From NCBI GenBank assembly GCA_030248215.1, contig JASANG010002859.1:1-64000 (forward strand): a DNA stretch of 64,000 nt, written 5' to 3'. Both the position numbers and the translations under genes were made by a program. Positions 35,359 to 47,923 of the stretch are shown piece after piece (position 1 is the first letter of the stretch; each line of letters opens with the position of its first letter). Source of the DNA: Enoplolaimus lenunculus (Eukaryota). The notes beneath the pieces were generated by a model. It was not told the origin of the DNA, did not search any database, and was given only the letters and a program-made list of their open reading frames with translations.

Positions 35359-38059
35359 CTATGACACAGCGCTAGCAACAAGTCGTTGGGACGCTTCATA
35401 ACATTGATTGTAAAGGCCTTCATAGTCCTTATGCGATTTAATTAAAACCATAATTGTTGGACGCTTGTGGCCGCCAGCCAAGCCAAGATGTTCTCGGCTT
35501 GGAGTGAACACGTACGGAATGTCTTTTTCTTCGCAAACGATAGGTACATGACAATAAATATCAATGGGGGTAACATCGCCAGCAAGAATTATCAGACCCG
35601 TATGTCCTTTGCGCAATGCTCTTTGAACGTCAGCAATGCCCTGTTTCAAAAAACAAAGGAAATTAGCAAAAAGTATTTGTCACTGGCGATATTGTCAGAG
35701 TTACAGATGGGGACCGGACATCTGGATATGTATCCGAAACGAAATACATTCGGATATCTGCATGCATTTGTTCATCAAAATTTCTACAATAATTTTACGT
35801 TTTCTTTAACCATACAAAACCTCTAATTGTGAACTAAATTTTATAAAAAACTCAAGCGAACACCAAACTGTTCTAAAACCATTTTGATTGCGCCAATTTA
35901 ACTCAACGTCTATTTACTTCCACAAAAAATCATTTCAATCCTCCAAATCGTATTTTTAAAAATTTTATTTCTGTTGACAAAATAAAGTACCCTTTTAATT
36001 TTAAGAGTTTGCGAAATAAATAAAGTTCAGAAATCTATGTATCTTTCGACTCGGTTATAACAGCTGAGTAAATAGTGTTGAGTTTGCTTCGATCCAGATG
36101 CTAGTTCTAGAAGGTATAGTATATAAATACTGTTCTGCTACTCTGTCCAGATTGCCCCGAAAATTAAAGTATTAATTGGGGATGTGCCGATTAATCGGCA
36201 TCCGCATCGGTAATAATCGGCAGTTTTCGTGAGTATCAGCATCGGCACTGCAAAAAAATTGTCGATTCTTTGCCGATACTTTTTACGCATAACAGTCAGA
36301 TTAAATGCTATCAATTTCATTTCTGGGCGCATATCAGTGTGTCCGGTCAGGAAAACTGATCTTTCTTGCGTTTGTGTTTGAAAAAATTAATTGAAATGAA
36401 CCGTTCGTCTAAAATTATGATCCTTTATGATGGTTTGTGTTTAAGTCTTCATATAATGATGTAGTGTAGTATGCTATCTCTTTATTAAGCATGGTGTACT
36501 AAAGTTGGAATCGGTATCGGCATCGGCAAATTTTCAAAATAGAAATCGGCACCGGTATCGGAAAAAATTTTGGTATCGGCACATCCCTAGTATTAATGTT
36601 ATACATAACTTTTAACAAAGCGAAAACCTTTCCATTTAGCTAGCATTTTATATCCAATAATGTATTAAAACTTTTAAACCTCTGACGAAAATTTTGTCGG
36701 CCTATTAAGTTGCATCAGACCGAGGAAAAATAATATTTTCAAATATTCAATTTTGAGCGCATGAAATGAACAGGGGAAGCCGTTAGAAATCATAATATGC
36801 ATTGCGTCTCAAAAACAAATTATTTTCGGGAAACACTGACTTAAACATAAAGACGAACTTAAAGCCGAGTGCGCACAGCACAACGTAATCACCATGCTTA
36901 ACAAATTATTTCAATTAGTTATAAGCTTGCATTTACAGCTGCAAAATCGACGATAATTCAATGTTTCTCACCTGATATAAATAAGTTTTCTCCTTTGATG
37001 CTTTTTTCACTAGCTTATAAAGCTTCTTCGCTAATTTTCGGCTGGCGAGCGGCTAAAATTAATGCATGTATAATGTAAACTAATCTACACAGTCATAAAC
37101 TTTTAGTCTCACGTCACTAAGTATAATCTGCGGTGGTAATAAGTCAAATCAGTTTAAGAGCATCATGAAACTCGGGACAAAGACGCGCAAATCTATAAAA
37201 ATTTGTAGTAGTACTAAATCAAATTAATTTATATTTTTATTGCAATACAAAGTGAATATCGTGACTCGGTATCCTGCTGTGGCTCGATATTAAACTATCC
37301 AGCTTCGTCTTTGTGTATTCATTGGCACGCCAGTAGACATAATATCTTATATATGTACGTACCAGGGTGCAACCGGAATTCCGGTTCCGGTTCCGGCATT
37401 TTTTCACCTTCCGGTTCCGGTTCCGGTAAATTTTTACCTGATTTAAAAATTCCGGTGTTATAATTTGGCCGTTTTTTTAACTTTGCTAATCTTTAAGAAT
37501 CTCTTTAGAAAGCCACTTGTATTCCGAATATAAGCCATTGATGGTGGATTTCACTTCAGTCGACGACGAAAATCTAAAATACAACAAATAAAATAAATAT
37601 CTATGTTCGACTAAGGTTATTTCACAAATAATAGAGCAAAAAATAAGATTAAAATGAAATTTTTGGTGAAATGCATTTTTCACTTTCCGGTTCCGGTTCC
37701 GGTAAAATTTTCAAATTCCGGTTCCGGTAAATTGTAATTCCGGTTGCACCCTGGTACGTACGTATTTGGCTTTTGGTACCATCACAACAAAATATATGCC
37801 AATGGACGAAAAAATGATTCATAGTGATCCGCAACGAAAAACACATGGTTCTAAACTTCATTTTATCTGAATAAACTTTAAATAAAAATTGAAATATTTC
37901 GCAGTGCCAATTATAATTAATACACAGACGGTTAAGAGAATGAAAAAGTTGTGTTATATAAACGACCTCCGTTACCTTTGCAATAGGGTTAACAAACTGG
38001 CACAATTTTTGATAGTCAGCTTCTTTGTCTTCTCCGTCTATGTTCTCAGCGTCAGACAT
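35359..38059 (-). CDS. NHP2: H/ACA ribonucleoprotein complex subunit 2 (L7Ae family); exons 38059-37976, 37052-36972, 35640-35359; 148 aa
   Basis: Spliced: MSDAEN...VNPIAK|PLASRKLAKKLYKLVKKASKEKTYLYQ|GIADVQRALRKGHTGLIILAGDVTPIDIYCHVPIVCEEKDIPYVFTPSREHLG...KRPT. Both introns are phase-0 GT-AG. Confidence 0.95.
36177..36589. mobile_element. hAT-like MITE in NHP2 intron 2, TSD GTATTAAT
   Basis: TGGGGATGTGCCGAT ... ATCGGCACATCCCTA, ATCGGC subrepeats, perfect 8-bp TSD. A related fragment lies at ~18290-18430. Confidence 0.85.
37363..37753. mobile_element. hAT-like MITE in NHP2 intron 1, TSD GTACGTAC
   Basis: CAGGGTGCAACCGGAATT ... AATTCCGGTTGCACCCTG, (TTCCGG)n subrepeats, perfect 8-bp TSD. Confidence 0.9.
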
Positions 38060-39015
38060 TTTGACGAATGTAGCAAAGATTATAGTTGAAATTTTAAGCA
38101 CTGTAATAGTTCAAGCCAAGAAAATAGTGTTTTGACTCAGCGCTTTTTTTTCCGGGTGTAGCTCAGAATTTTTTATATACGTAACATAAAAATTGAACAC
38201 GATTGATTACAATATATATCTTATGAAGACATATCGGGGTTTTTTTCTTAAACGTATTTCACTCAGGTAGCAGACTGCAACTATGTAATAAATTCTTTAG
38301 CCTACTAGATTTTTGTATGGTACAGTTACTATTCAGGAAGTAGGTGTGAGATCATAAACTAACTAACCTAGGTTTGCCATACAAATAATTTTATTCCGCG
38401 ATCCATAATGGTTTAATGTGAAACACCGGACACGGAATTTCTCAAAGCACAAAATCTTGACCCGGAATTTTTTGGAAAAATACCCGGAATAATCGGAATA
38501 CACGGCCCCGGATGCAACTCTAACTAAGTAGTTGCAGGAGGTACCATGGAGGCTTTGCTTTCGGAATAAGTTGATATAATCAATACAACCCTGTGTGTAA
38601 CCATGTTAGACATGCTGTCCAGTGGCCGATCCACGATTTCAAAATTAGGGGGGGGGGCAAAATTTCACTGGTAACAAACTTATTCTTAAACAAATTGCGG
38701 ACCGTATACATGAATCCACACACAAACCACGATTTATTGCAATACAATTGACTATGAAAGAGCACGACCATTCAACTGAGATTAACCACAACGAAACGGC
38801 ATAACCCCTCATGTATACGAAACTTTGAGACCACTAGGATTTGCGTTGGCTGCCATTTTAAGATCTCTATAGCGTGTGAAGCAATTAACAGAATCACAAG
38901 AAGGTAGAATAGTCTCATAAACTCGAGAGCGAAGCCAGCAAGAAGCTAGACGAATTTCCAAACTTCAGCTGTTTTTGTTAAACCGGTTTGTCCGCTTTGC
39001 GGTTGACACTGTGCC

Positions 39016-39251
39016 AGGGTGGCAACAAAGGTTCGGATCCGGATTTTTGCTTCAGGTCACAAACCTACAACTGAGGTCGGGCATGAAATATACGTATAAA
39101 CCTTTAAAAGTTATGCGGCTGGCAGTGCGCTGATATTCTGAAACAAATTATAGTTACAACTGAAATTTGCAAGATGCATAATTCGGACTCGAATCCGCCA
39201 AATTAGCAATGGATTCGGATTCGGTTAAATCGTGGATTTGGTGCCACCCTG
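39016..39251. mobile_element. hAT-like MITE
   Basis: CAGGGTGGCA ... TGCCACCCTG with GGATTC subrepeats; TSD not preserved. Confidence 0.55.
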
Positions 39252-39369
39252 CATTACACCTCATATTTTATCTGCGTGCGCATTTGTTAACATGATTCCC
39301 AAAATAAATTTTGTTGAGATCCTGTTCAGATAAGATACGGCCGGAATGACCCCATCGATTCGCCATTGT

Positions 39370-39500
39370 AAGTAGCTGGAGAGGCGGGCTACGTGGCGCA
39401 GCAGTAGACCATTCGCTTAAAGATCCACAGGTTTGAAGTTCAATCCCCGCTCCGTACGTCTGGTTGTTCAGCTGCATAGTTAAAAGGTCTGAAGTCCTGG
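39370..39500 (+). mobile_element. SINE-like tRNA-related repeat, copy 3
   Basis: GGAGAGGCGGGCTACGTGGCGCAGCAGTAG...GTTCAATCCCCGC...CAGCTGCATAGTTAAAAGGTCTGAAGT matches the copies at 1.6 and 2.7 kb. Confidence 0.55.
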
Positions 39501-40814
39501 TTACTCCTCGACTGACATTGCGTGTTGACCTCTCTATGGTGCAATTAATCTCACAAGAGTTTTCTTCATACGGATACACCTATTGCATTGCCTTAACAAG
39601 AAATCCAAGACAACTGCCTAACGAACGAGCGAAAAATGAACGCTTACTTTGTGCGTTTTAACCAAATCACTAGCCATGTCATTTCATTGCAGCTGCACAG
39701 CAGTAAACAGCAAAATATGACAGCATAAACCAGCTACAACCACTAACTAATCCAGAGAGAGGACGAATAGGCGTGCGTCCTCCAGTAAAAAATATTTTCT
39801 TGATAAAATGGGGAGGTCTCCATTTTACAATTTTCCCGCTCATAAGGTTTTTTGTAAATTAATACAATTTTCCCCTCAAAAATTTTTTGGCATGTTACCG
39901 GTGCAATTTGAAATCAAAATTTTTTAAAAGCTGAAGGGGCAAAACCGGCAAAAATTAATTGACGTTTGGCTTAAGGTCGACTAAAGGCACTTAGTTGGTA
40001 AAATAATTTTGGCGCGAGTATATACACCCAGGCAAAATGCAAATTTTCCGCGGGTAAAGGTGCAGCGCGAATAAAACGTCTTTACCCGCTTACACCTCTG
40101 TGTAGGCCCATCTAAAGATCAATGGCGGACCACTGTTCTATCGGACGGAATAAAAAACTTAAGCTTTAGACAAATTTTTTTGTTTGGACTATTCTAGTCC
40201 AATTGAAAAACGAACCGCCCACGATCTATATTTTGTCGTTTGCATTGGGGAAACTATTGTTTTTGCATCATACTTTCTTGTTTACTAACTTTTGCTCCCT
40301 TTACAGTTTTGCTTACCATTAAAACTACTAATTATTGGACAATAACCTCGTTGCTGGGCATACATAAACTTGAAACGACGGTCAGTAATGTTCAATTGGG
40401 TTAAACTTTTTTCGCGCACTATATTTAACGCTGACTGCTCTTTAAATCATAAAGCAGTCTGCGGCTAACATTTACTAACAGTATTTAAATCCGAGACAAA
40501 CCTCGTATAAAGCGATTTCAAGAACAGACTGTGTCTTGTCGCATTCTTGAACTGAAGTAAAAACGCGTCATTGCTTGAAAGTTCGTAATGTCTTCACTAC
40601 AAAACCGCTTTATCAATAATACTATCGCAATTTTCTCAGGCTACATTAAACCAAAACAACGGTCACGTCCGCCGGTATTTATATACTTTGTCTGGTTTGT
40701 ATAAAACCGCTACACAGGTTGGTATAGCTTTATACTTTTACGCAAGGTTTATAACTGGTCTATCATGCTGAAAGTGTAATTGAGTTTGAGATGAACCTGT
40801 TTGCGACTATAAAA

Positions 40815-41027
40815 GTGCCAACAGGTGCGGAACAGTATTGTAAGCATGTTCCTAAGCCCAAACCTAAGCCTAAGCCTAAACCTAAGCGTAAAAATGAGCA
40901 TATTCCTACGCCTTAACCTAAAGCCTAAGCCTATTAAGCCAAGCAAAAAAACTTTTCTAAAGCTTAAAGCTTTATACTGTTTTCTAGTCCCACAAAAAAC
41001 GTTCCGCCCCTGTTCTTTGAACGGGTC
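40815..41027 (-). mobile_element. Telomere-repeat MITE
   Basis: GCGGAACAGTATTGTAAGCAT, CCTAAG arrays, CGTTCCGCCCCTGTTCTTT. Confidence 0.75.
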
Positions 41028-41667
41028 CACGTGCCTGTCTGCGGTCTTTAGTAAAAAGTGTTGGTATTTTGATACGAAATATCAACATGAAAAGGTTAAA
41101 ACACGGTGATTGAGAACAAAAATGACAATAATCAAGAACCGATGATGCATTAAAACCGTACGGAGACGACCACAGGAGTTTCGTGTGATAAATTAACCTA
41201 AGAATTTCAAAAAATGGTTTTTTGTTGTTTTATTTTTTGAAGGAATGGACAAAACGAAGAAAAAATAGAAAAAAACTTTTCATAAAAGATTATTTTTAGC
41301 AAAATTACTAAATCCGTTGCCTCAACTGTGTCCTAATGGTACTCTCGATGCGATTACTGATTAATCGTACTTGTTTGAACTGAAAAACCATCAATTTCAA
41401 TATTAATTTTATTGTTGCTTGATGCTACTAAAAGATGGAATGAGGCAAGGGGTCGCAGGACTAAACGATGGCCCCGTGGGACTTTGCAGACTTGACCGAC
41501 CCGTTCGGAGAAATCTGAAGTCAAACATCAGAAGATTTGTTTCTCTCGGTTTTGAAATTTTTAGCTCAAAAGTAAGCTGGTAAGTTTTCAACAGTTTGAA
41601 CGTTAAAAATTTATATTATTCAATTTTGCTATTTTAATTTTTTGTTTCAATATATAACTGATATTTT

Positions 41668-42185
41668 GGCCCATGGTATAGAACAGGGCCGGAAAAGTAG
41701 TATATATTAGCATATTCCGAATCCTAAGCCTAAGCCTAAGTGTATGGATGAGCCTATTCCTATGCCTAAGTTTAAGCCTAAGCCTAAGCCTAAGCCTAAG
41801 CGTATGGATGAGCCTATTGCTAAGCCTAAGCGTAAGCCTAAGCAAAAAAATGGTCTAAAGCTTAACCCTTTCTCACATGAATATTTTCTATTTACCCTGA
41901 AACCTACTTTTATGCTAGGATTCGAACTCCAGTGACTGGAGTGGGAGGCGTGTACCATCACCACTCAGCTATAGGAGCTTGACGCTCGAGCTCGAGGAGG
42001 TCTCATGTCTTGTGGTGATTTAGCACTATGTACACGTGTTGCAATTGTTAAACACGGTGCGATATATACTATTTAACGTATATACACTGCACTGAGTTGC
42101 CTACAGGCAACTCAATGTGAGAAGGGGTTATAGATAGTAAACTGAAAATTTTTCGCTTAAACTGACTCTATTATAGCCCCTCCGC
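41668..42185 (-). mobile_element. Telomere-repeat MITE interrupted by piggyBac-like MITE copy B (41866-42127)
   Basis: Host sequence stops at AAGCTTAA and resumes as CTTAAACTGACTCTATT near 42156. The insert is CCCTTTCTCACAT...ATGTGAGAAGGGG. Confidence 0.8.
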
Positions 42186-42944
42186 TGTGTAACGTGTTAG
42201 TTTTGAACTCAACCCTTGATAAAGTTCATATATATCAATCAAACTTACAAATCCTATTAGCAGATGTTCTGCCGAGATCAAGTCCACAAATTTACGGCCA
42301 GCTATAGCTTACAAATGCCATTTTTTAGACATATGATATCGAAATTTTATAGTATGTAGTGTACCCTATCCTTAGCATGTGTTACAAGAAGTTGATAAAC
42401 AGTTTTAGTCCTGTGAGAAAAAAAATCCTGAGTCAAATTAAACTCTCTCCGGAATAGGCTTTGGCTTTTCTAGACTACACAAACTGAGTGAAATTCGGCT
42501 CCGCGAAAATCAAATTCTAATCACCCGAGTCGCTCAGTGAGTCGAAGAATTTGACTGTGGCGGAGTCGAATTTGACTCAGTTTGTGTAGTTCCGAAAAGC
42601 CTATTTCGGAGAGAGTCAATTTGACTCACCAGTTTTTGCAGTGTATCTGTAAACTTCTTTGCACCTGTTGAACCACGAGTACGAACCAAATGTTTAATGT
42701 TCAGTACCAAGATTGGTCCTGACTGCTCGCTCGCTTCGCTTGCTAGTTTTTTCACTATTAGTTTTATTGTGTGGGCCCCCATGCTAGCATTTTTTGTATG
42801 CCCCGCTAGTGTTTCTGTTTCAATAAGTAGGATTTAAGCGAAAAATTAAACAAATCATTTTATTGGATGGATTGAACTCGTTAAACGACACTGAAACCAA
42901 AATAGTCAGAGTCATGTATTTAAATGAGTATTTGAAAGCTCTTC

Positions 42945-43128
42945 GGCCAATGTTACTTTAATGGGCGTAACAGTAGATTAAGCGTATTCCTAAGCCTACG
43001 CCTAAGCGTTGCAAAAATGTGTTGCTAAGCCTAAGCCTAAGCCTAAGCAAAAAATGTAATCTAGAATCTAAACCAGCTCTTTTATAGACCCACCAGAAAC
43101 CTGGACACCCCTTGAAGTAACATGAGCT
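42945..43128 (-). mobile_element. Telomere-repeat MITE, GTTACTTT subfamily
   Basis: GGCCAATGTTACTTT ... AAGTAACATGAGC with a CCTAAG core. Confidence 0.8.
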
Positions 43129-43362
43129 AACTCACCCATAACATTAGCTTAGGAATTAGAATTAACACTTTATCGTTTGCGAATGTCAGTTGTTTAATTG
43201 TGTTCGTGCCGACGTCTATCTCAAGATCAACATAACCAACACATTTTTACACCTTCAATTTTGTTTTACTTAAACTCGGTTTTTCAATAAAATTCTAAAC
43301 TCGACACTCTGCATGAATATTTTTGGTTGATTGATTCTAATTTTACTGGATTTTCATCTTAA

Positions 43363-43628
43363 CCCAATCTCACATAGAGTTGACTATGGGAAACTCAGCG
43401 CAGTGTGTATACGTTAAATAATATATATCACACAGTGTTTAACAATTGCATCAGGTATATATACATAGTACTAAATTTCCACAAGACGTGAGAGCCCCTC
43501 GGGCTCGAGCGTCAAGCTCCTATAGCTGAGTGGTGATGGTAAACGCCTCCCGCTCCAGTCACTGGCGTTCGAATCCTTGCATAAAAGTAGGTCTCAGATG
43601 AAGTAGAAAATATTCATGTGATAAAGGG
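43363..43628 (+). mobile_element. piggyBac-like MITE with tRNA-type A/B boxes, copy C
   Basis: TTAA|CCCAATCTCACAT ... ATGTGATAAAGGG|TTAA, with TAGCTGAGTGG and GTTCGAATCC at ~43523-43576. Confidence 0.8.
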
Positions 43629-43777
43629 TTAAACTGCTTGATTTCTCGTTATGGAATTTATTATCATCGCTTGGCAAAAAATGGTCTCATCGTGTCGCAT
43701 ATATTAATTCTGTGAAATCAGGCACTATTTTTTGGCAGTATGGTTCGCTGTCGTCCATTATAGACAACTCTGCTGTC

Positions 43778-44438
43778 GGCAGAGGTACAGAACAGGGCCG
43801 GATCGTTTTCCGGCAGAGGTGTTTTAATAGAGTCAACTTAGCTTTAGACTAACTTTTTTGCATGGGTTTGCTTAGACTTAGACTTAGGCGTAGGAATAGG
43901 CACATCCTTACGCTTATGCCTTGTCTTTTAGGATTAGGCGTAGGCTTAGGAGGAATATAGTTATACTACTGTTACGGCCCTGTTCTATACTGTAGTGACC
44001 CGCATAAGAGGGGGGCTGATATTTATTTGACCTCTCCAGAGGGTACTCCAATTGTTACTCGGTTACGGACTGTTATTTGTTTTTAACCCACGCTCCGACG
44101 CCCTTAGTTACTGATATATATCCGGTACTGCAATTATCCGTTGAATTAAACGTTTTGCCTTGTATCAAAAGCTTGGACGATAATGCAAGGTTATGCTTTG
44201 GAACGTTATTTTCAAAACTTAAGTAAGCATTAAGTTTCGAACTCAAGTTCATTTTGTCCTGGAGTCATTTATGCGCTATAATTAGGGCTAATTGACATTT
44301 ATGGACTCTAATTAGGGTTTAGGGACTCTATCCGCTTACGGACTCTTATTAGGGATTCGGACTCCTATTAATCGGAACTCAAATTTGGACCCCCTCCAAT
44401 TACCCCCCTCTTATTCGGGTCAATACAGTACGTGGGCC
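43778..44438 (+). mobile_element. Telomere-repeat MITE (TSD CTGCTGTC) with a TA-TSD CTGTAGTGACCCG MITE (43990-44428) inserted in its right TIR
   Basis: ...CCTGTTCTA-TA|CTGTAGTGACCCGCATAAGAG ... CTCTTATTCGGGTCAATACAG|TA-CGTGGGCC; the outer 8-bp TSD is intact. Confidence 0.9.
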
Positions 44439-44764
44439 CTGCTGTCTATAAGCAATTTTTGTAATAAGATAGTTTGAAAATTTGAAACTTTGCAACTACA
44501 ACCTGGAAATTTTTCCACTGCGTCTTTGCTTTTACGTCACAACCCAATAATTTGCCGGCGATCATGATTTGGTCGTTTATGATTTGAACCACAGCCAAGA
44601 ACAATAAACATTGTCTCATAAAGTTGAATGGGAGATTTGGTTCGTTGAATTATATTTATTCCACAAAACACTGAGGTCACCCGCAGTTTGATTATGTGCC
44701 TGCCTACGCAACGAAGCTCATTGTAGCAGATAAAAATCTGATTCGCTCAGACTACAAAAAGACC

Positions 44765-45173
44765 GGCACATGCATAGAACAGGGCCGGATCGTTTTCCGG
44801 AGGGACTGTAATAGAGTCAGTTTAAGCTTTAGACGTTTTTTTGCTTAGGCTTAGACTTAGGCTTAGGAATACGATCATCTATACGCTTAGGCTTAGGCTT
44901 AGGCTTTGGAATAGGTTCATCCTAAAGCTTAGGCTTAGGCTTAGGCTTAGGCTTTGGAATAGGTTCATCCTTAAGCTTAGGCTTAGGCTTAGGCTTAGGC
45001 TTTGGAATCGGTTCATCCTTAAGCTTAGGCTTAGGATTAGGCTTTCGAATAGGTTCATCCTTACGGTTAGCCTTAGGTTTAGGCTTAGGCTTTGGAATAG
45101 GTTCATCATTACGCTTAGGTTTAGGAACATGCTTATACTAGGTACTGTTCCCGCCCTGTTCTATACATGGGCC
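44765..45173 (+). mobile_element. Telomere-repeat MITE with internally amplified 48-bp core
   Basis: Intact TIRs and about 5 tandem copies of GGAATAGGTTCATCCTTAAG(CTTAGG)4CTTT. Confidence 0.9.
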
Positions 45174-45722
45174 AAGACAGATGTTAGACATGGTCATGAA
45201 GCTAATATTGTATCAATGCAACAGCGTAGCCAACGGTATTTCGGGGGTCAAACCCTTTCTTTATAATATTTTTGTACGAGGGCGTTTTTTAATACTGTTT
45301 TAGCTTGCAACCCAAGAATCACCAATTTGATAATGCCTTCTTTCAAAAATTCTGGTTTACGCCATGTGAATTCATTCAGTTCTGTATTATTCTGTTGCTT
45401 AATCAAAAGCGGAAGCAATGACGTAAGCATGGGAGGGTTTAAAAGTAAAACATCGGTTTGTATATTTTGGGTGTTTTAAAGAGCTTTTTCAGTCGATGAC
45501 ACAAAGATCACGCATCTTCGCAGTTTTAGTAGGACGTACCTGTTCCTTTGTAAAAATACGGCTGCGCTCCTGTATACGGAAAGCGATCCGTGGCATTCGT
45601 TTAGCTTAAGCCAAGACACAAAAAAATTGCATCACATATTTAAGCAGTGGCGGATCCAGAAATTTCTAGTGGTGGCATGCATTAGCGAAGAATGTTAAGT
45701 TTTGGCACATCTTCATACTTAA

Positions 45723-45985
45723 CCCTTTTTCACATGAATATATTCTATTTCCCCTGAGACCTACTTTTATGCTAGGATTCGAACTCCAGTGACTGGAGTG
45801 GGAGGCATATACCATCACCACTCAGCATTAGGAGCTTGACGCTCGAGCCCGAGGGGGCTCTCACGTCTTGTGGTGACTTAGCACTATGTATACGTGTTGC
45901 AATTGTTAAACACGGTGCGATATATATTATATAACGTATATACATTGCGCTTTGTTGCCTACCGGTAACTCAATGTGAGAAGGGG
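45723..45985 (-). mobile_element. piggyBac-like MITE with tRNA-type A/B boxes, copy D
   Basis: TTAA|CCCTTTTTCACAT ... ATGTGAGAAGGGG|TTAA. Confidence 0.85.
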
Positions 45986-46603
45986 TTAATATTTTTATGC
46001 ATATAAAAACAGCCAAAATTCACACACACGCGCAGACACTGGACAATGTATAGAACAGGTCGCTTCCAATTTTTTGAGTAATATCCCAATAACTGTGAAA
46101 TTTTGAGATATCGGAAGTATAATTCAGAAAATTTTCAGAAATATGGATCTTAAAAGTTCTTCAGTCTTGAATCTTTGAAGTTTGATTTTATTTCATAAAT
46201 GTTTAAAACAAATATGTCTTAAAACTAAGATTAGTTTTACACAATTTTCAAGGCATGTCCACTATGTTTTAGACACAACCATTTGCCTGGGACGCCAACT
46301 CAAAAATTGAGGGTTAAAGTTTAACCAAATCTCGTTTTCAATTTACAACCTACGTCCAAGACGCAAGTTTCGCTTGAGGGGCCTGAGCTGAACCCGAATC
46401 ACCCTTAAAATTAAGATTATACATGGTCCACGTCCCGTAGTATCACTGGCTGATATGAATAAAGCAACACAGTTGTAAAGTACACGTTACACAGTCTTAA
46501 AGAGATAAAACAAAGACTCGATCACATACATTAGAATGAGAAAATTAGTCTTTGAATATATTAGCAGAATCTTGAACTTTTAACACAATTTTAAAAAATC
46601 TGA

Positions 46604-46827
46604 GGCCCATATTCTCAAATGCGTATAGCACCTATCATTAATTATTAGCGATAGGTTTTCAAACTGACGAACATCTGCAGTTGCAGGTCTCAAAATTGGT
46701 ACAGAAGTAGGGCAAATCAAACGCGAACAATGCGCTGTATTTCAAACCTCACCATGCGCTGGTTCTAAAGCTACAGGACTTGGCACCAACTGGTGATAGA
46801 TGCTACATACTTTTGAGAACACGGGCT
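46604..46827. mobile_element. Inverted-repeat MITE (GGCCC..TATTCTCAAA family, Harbinger-like); relatives ~60222-60445 and ~60697-61153
   Basis: GGCCCATATTCTCAAA ... TTTGAGAACACGGGC, with internal GCACCTAT/ATAGGTG. Confidence 0.55.
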
Positions 46828-47288
46828 CTTGCTCTAACCATCACCTTTATTATGAAGAAACACTATTCCCGAATAAGAGGGGGGTAATAAGAGGGGGTTC
46901 CATTTTGAGTGCCAATCAATAGGATTCCGTATACCTAAGAAGAGTCCGTATACCTAAGAAGAGTCCGTAAGCGGATGGAGTTCATAACCCTAATTAGAGT
47001 CCGTAAATGTCAGTTTTCCTACTTAGTGTATAAATATTACTCCACGTCCAAATAAAATTGAGTTCCTCTGGAGAAGCCACATAAATATCAATCCCCCCTC
47101 TTATTCGGGTCACTACAGTATGTGAAAAATATGGCGAGATTTTAACCCAAAATTCAAAAATTTTGTGCCTCCGAAAATTTTTTTAAACATCTCCCCTCTT
47201 GAAATGAAGTGGCGGCTTCAAGCCTTTTAACTGATCTCAGCTTTATGCGGTTACTGCGGTTAAGTCTGACAAATATTGTATTTTGATA

Positions 47289-47534
47289 GGCCCATGTAAA
47301 CATCAGGGGTGGAACGTTTTTCTGTGAGACTGCAATAGAGTAAGCTTTAGCTTTAGACTAATTGTTTTTGCTTGGCTTAGGCTTATGCTTAAGCTTAGGA
47401 ATATGCTCATTTTAAGGCTAACGCTTAGGCTTAGACTTAAGCTTAGGAATATGCTCATTCTTGCGCTTAGGCTTAGGCTTAGGCTTACGAATATGCTTTA
47501 TAATACTGTTCCGCCAATGTTCTTTACATTGGCC
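47289..47534 (+). mobile_element. Telomere-repeat MITE
   Basis: GGCCCATGTAAACATCAGGGG ... TGTTCTTTACATTGGCC. Confidence 0.85.
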
Positions 47535-47923
47535 GATAACATCAAGAGCGAACACTCTAATTCATGTTGTATTTGTAAAATCTTAGTGTCACAATTAGGT
47601 TATAGCCGTCTAAGCTTTTTTTGTTGCAACTGCGGACCATATGGCTGGCTAATCACCTTTGCATAGTGTTTTTATTTGCTATCCTTTGTGGTGCGTCATG
47701 GCTTGTTTATTCATGGATTTTTCTTGAATGATAACAAGAGTGCACAATACTGAAATTTGTCCAGTACAAAATGTACCACCGGGTATTGCATTGAGAGATG
47801 GAGGTCAAAAACGCAACGCGTGCCAGGTATATTTTTTTTCTACACAGAATATACCAAGTTGCTTACACTTGTTCAAGTTGTATGTAGTCTTGGCACGACG
47901 TATTCTTTAAATATAAGTTCTTC

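Noticed and set aside
35641..37975. Intronic snoRNAs in NHP2
   Set aside because: Plausible for this gene class, but I could not identify a convincing H/ACA or C/D structure by eye. The introns are largely MITE-filled.
37649..38101. 150-aa ORF as a separate gene
   Set aside because: Only 38059-37976 is coding (NHP2 exon 1); the rest is read-through into the intron and a hAT MITE.
44841..45266. Poly-LR / poly-LS / poly-PK ORFs here and at 7618, 40749, 41603, 47385, 49223, 54471, 62307
   Set aside because: Artefacts of TTAGGC hexamer arrays inside MITEs.
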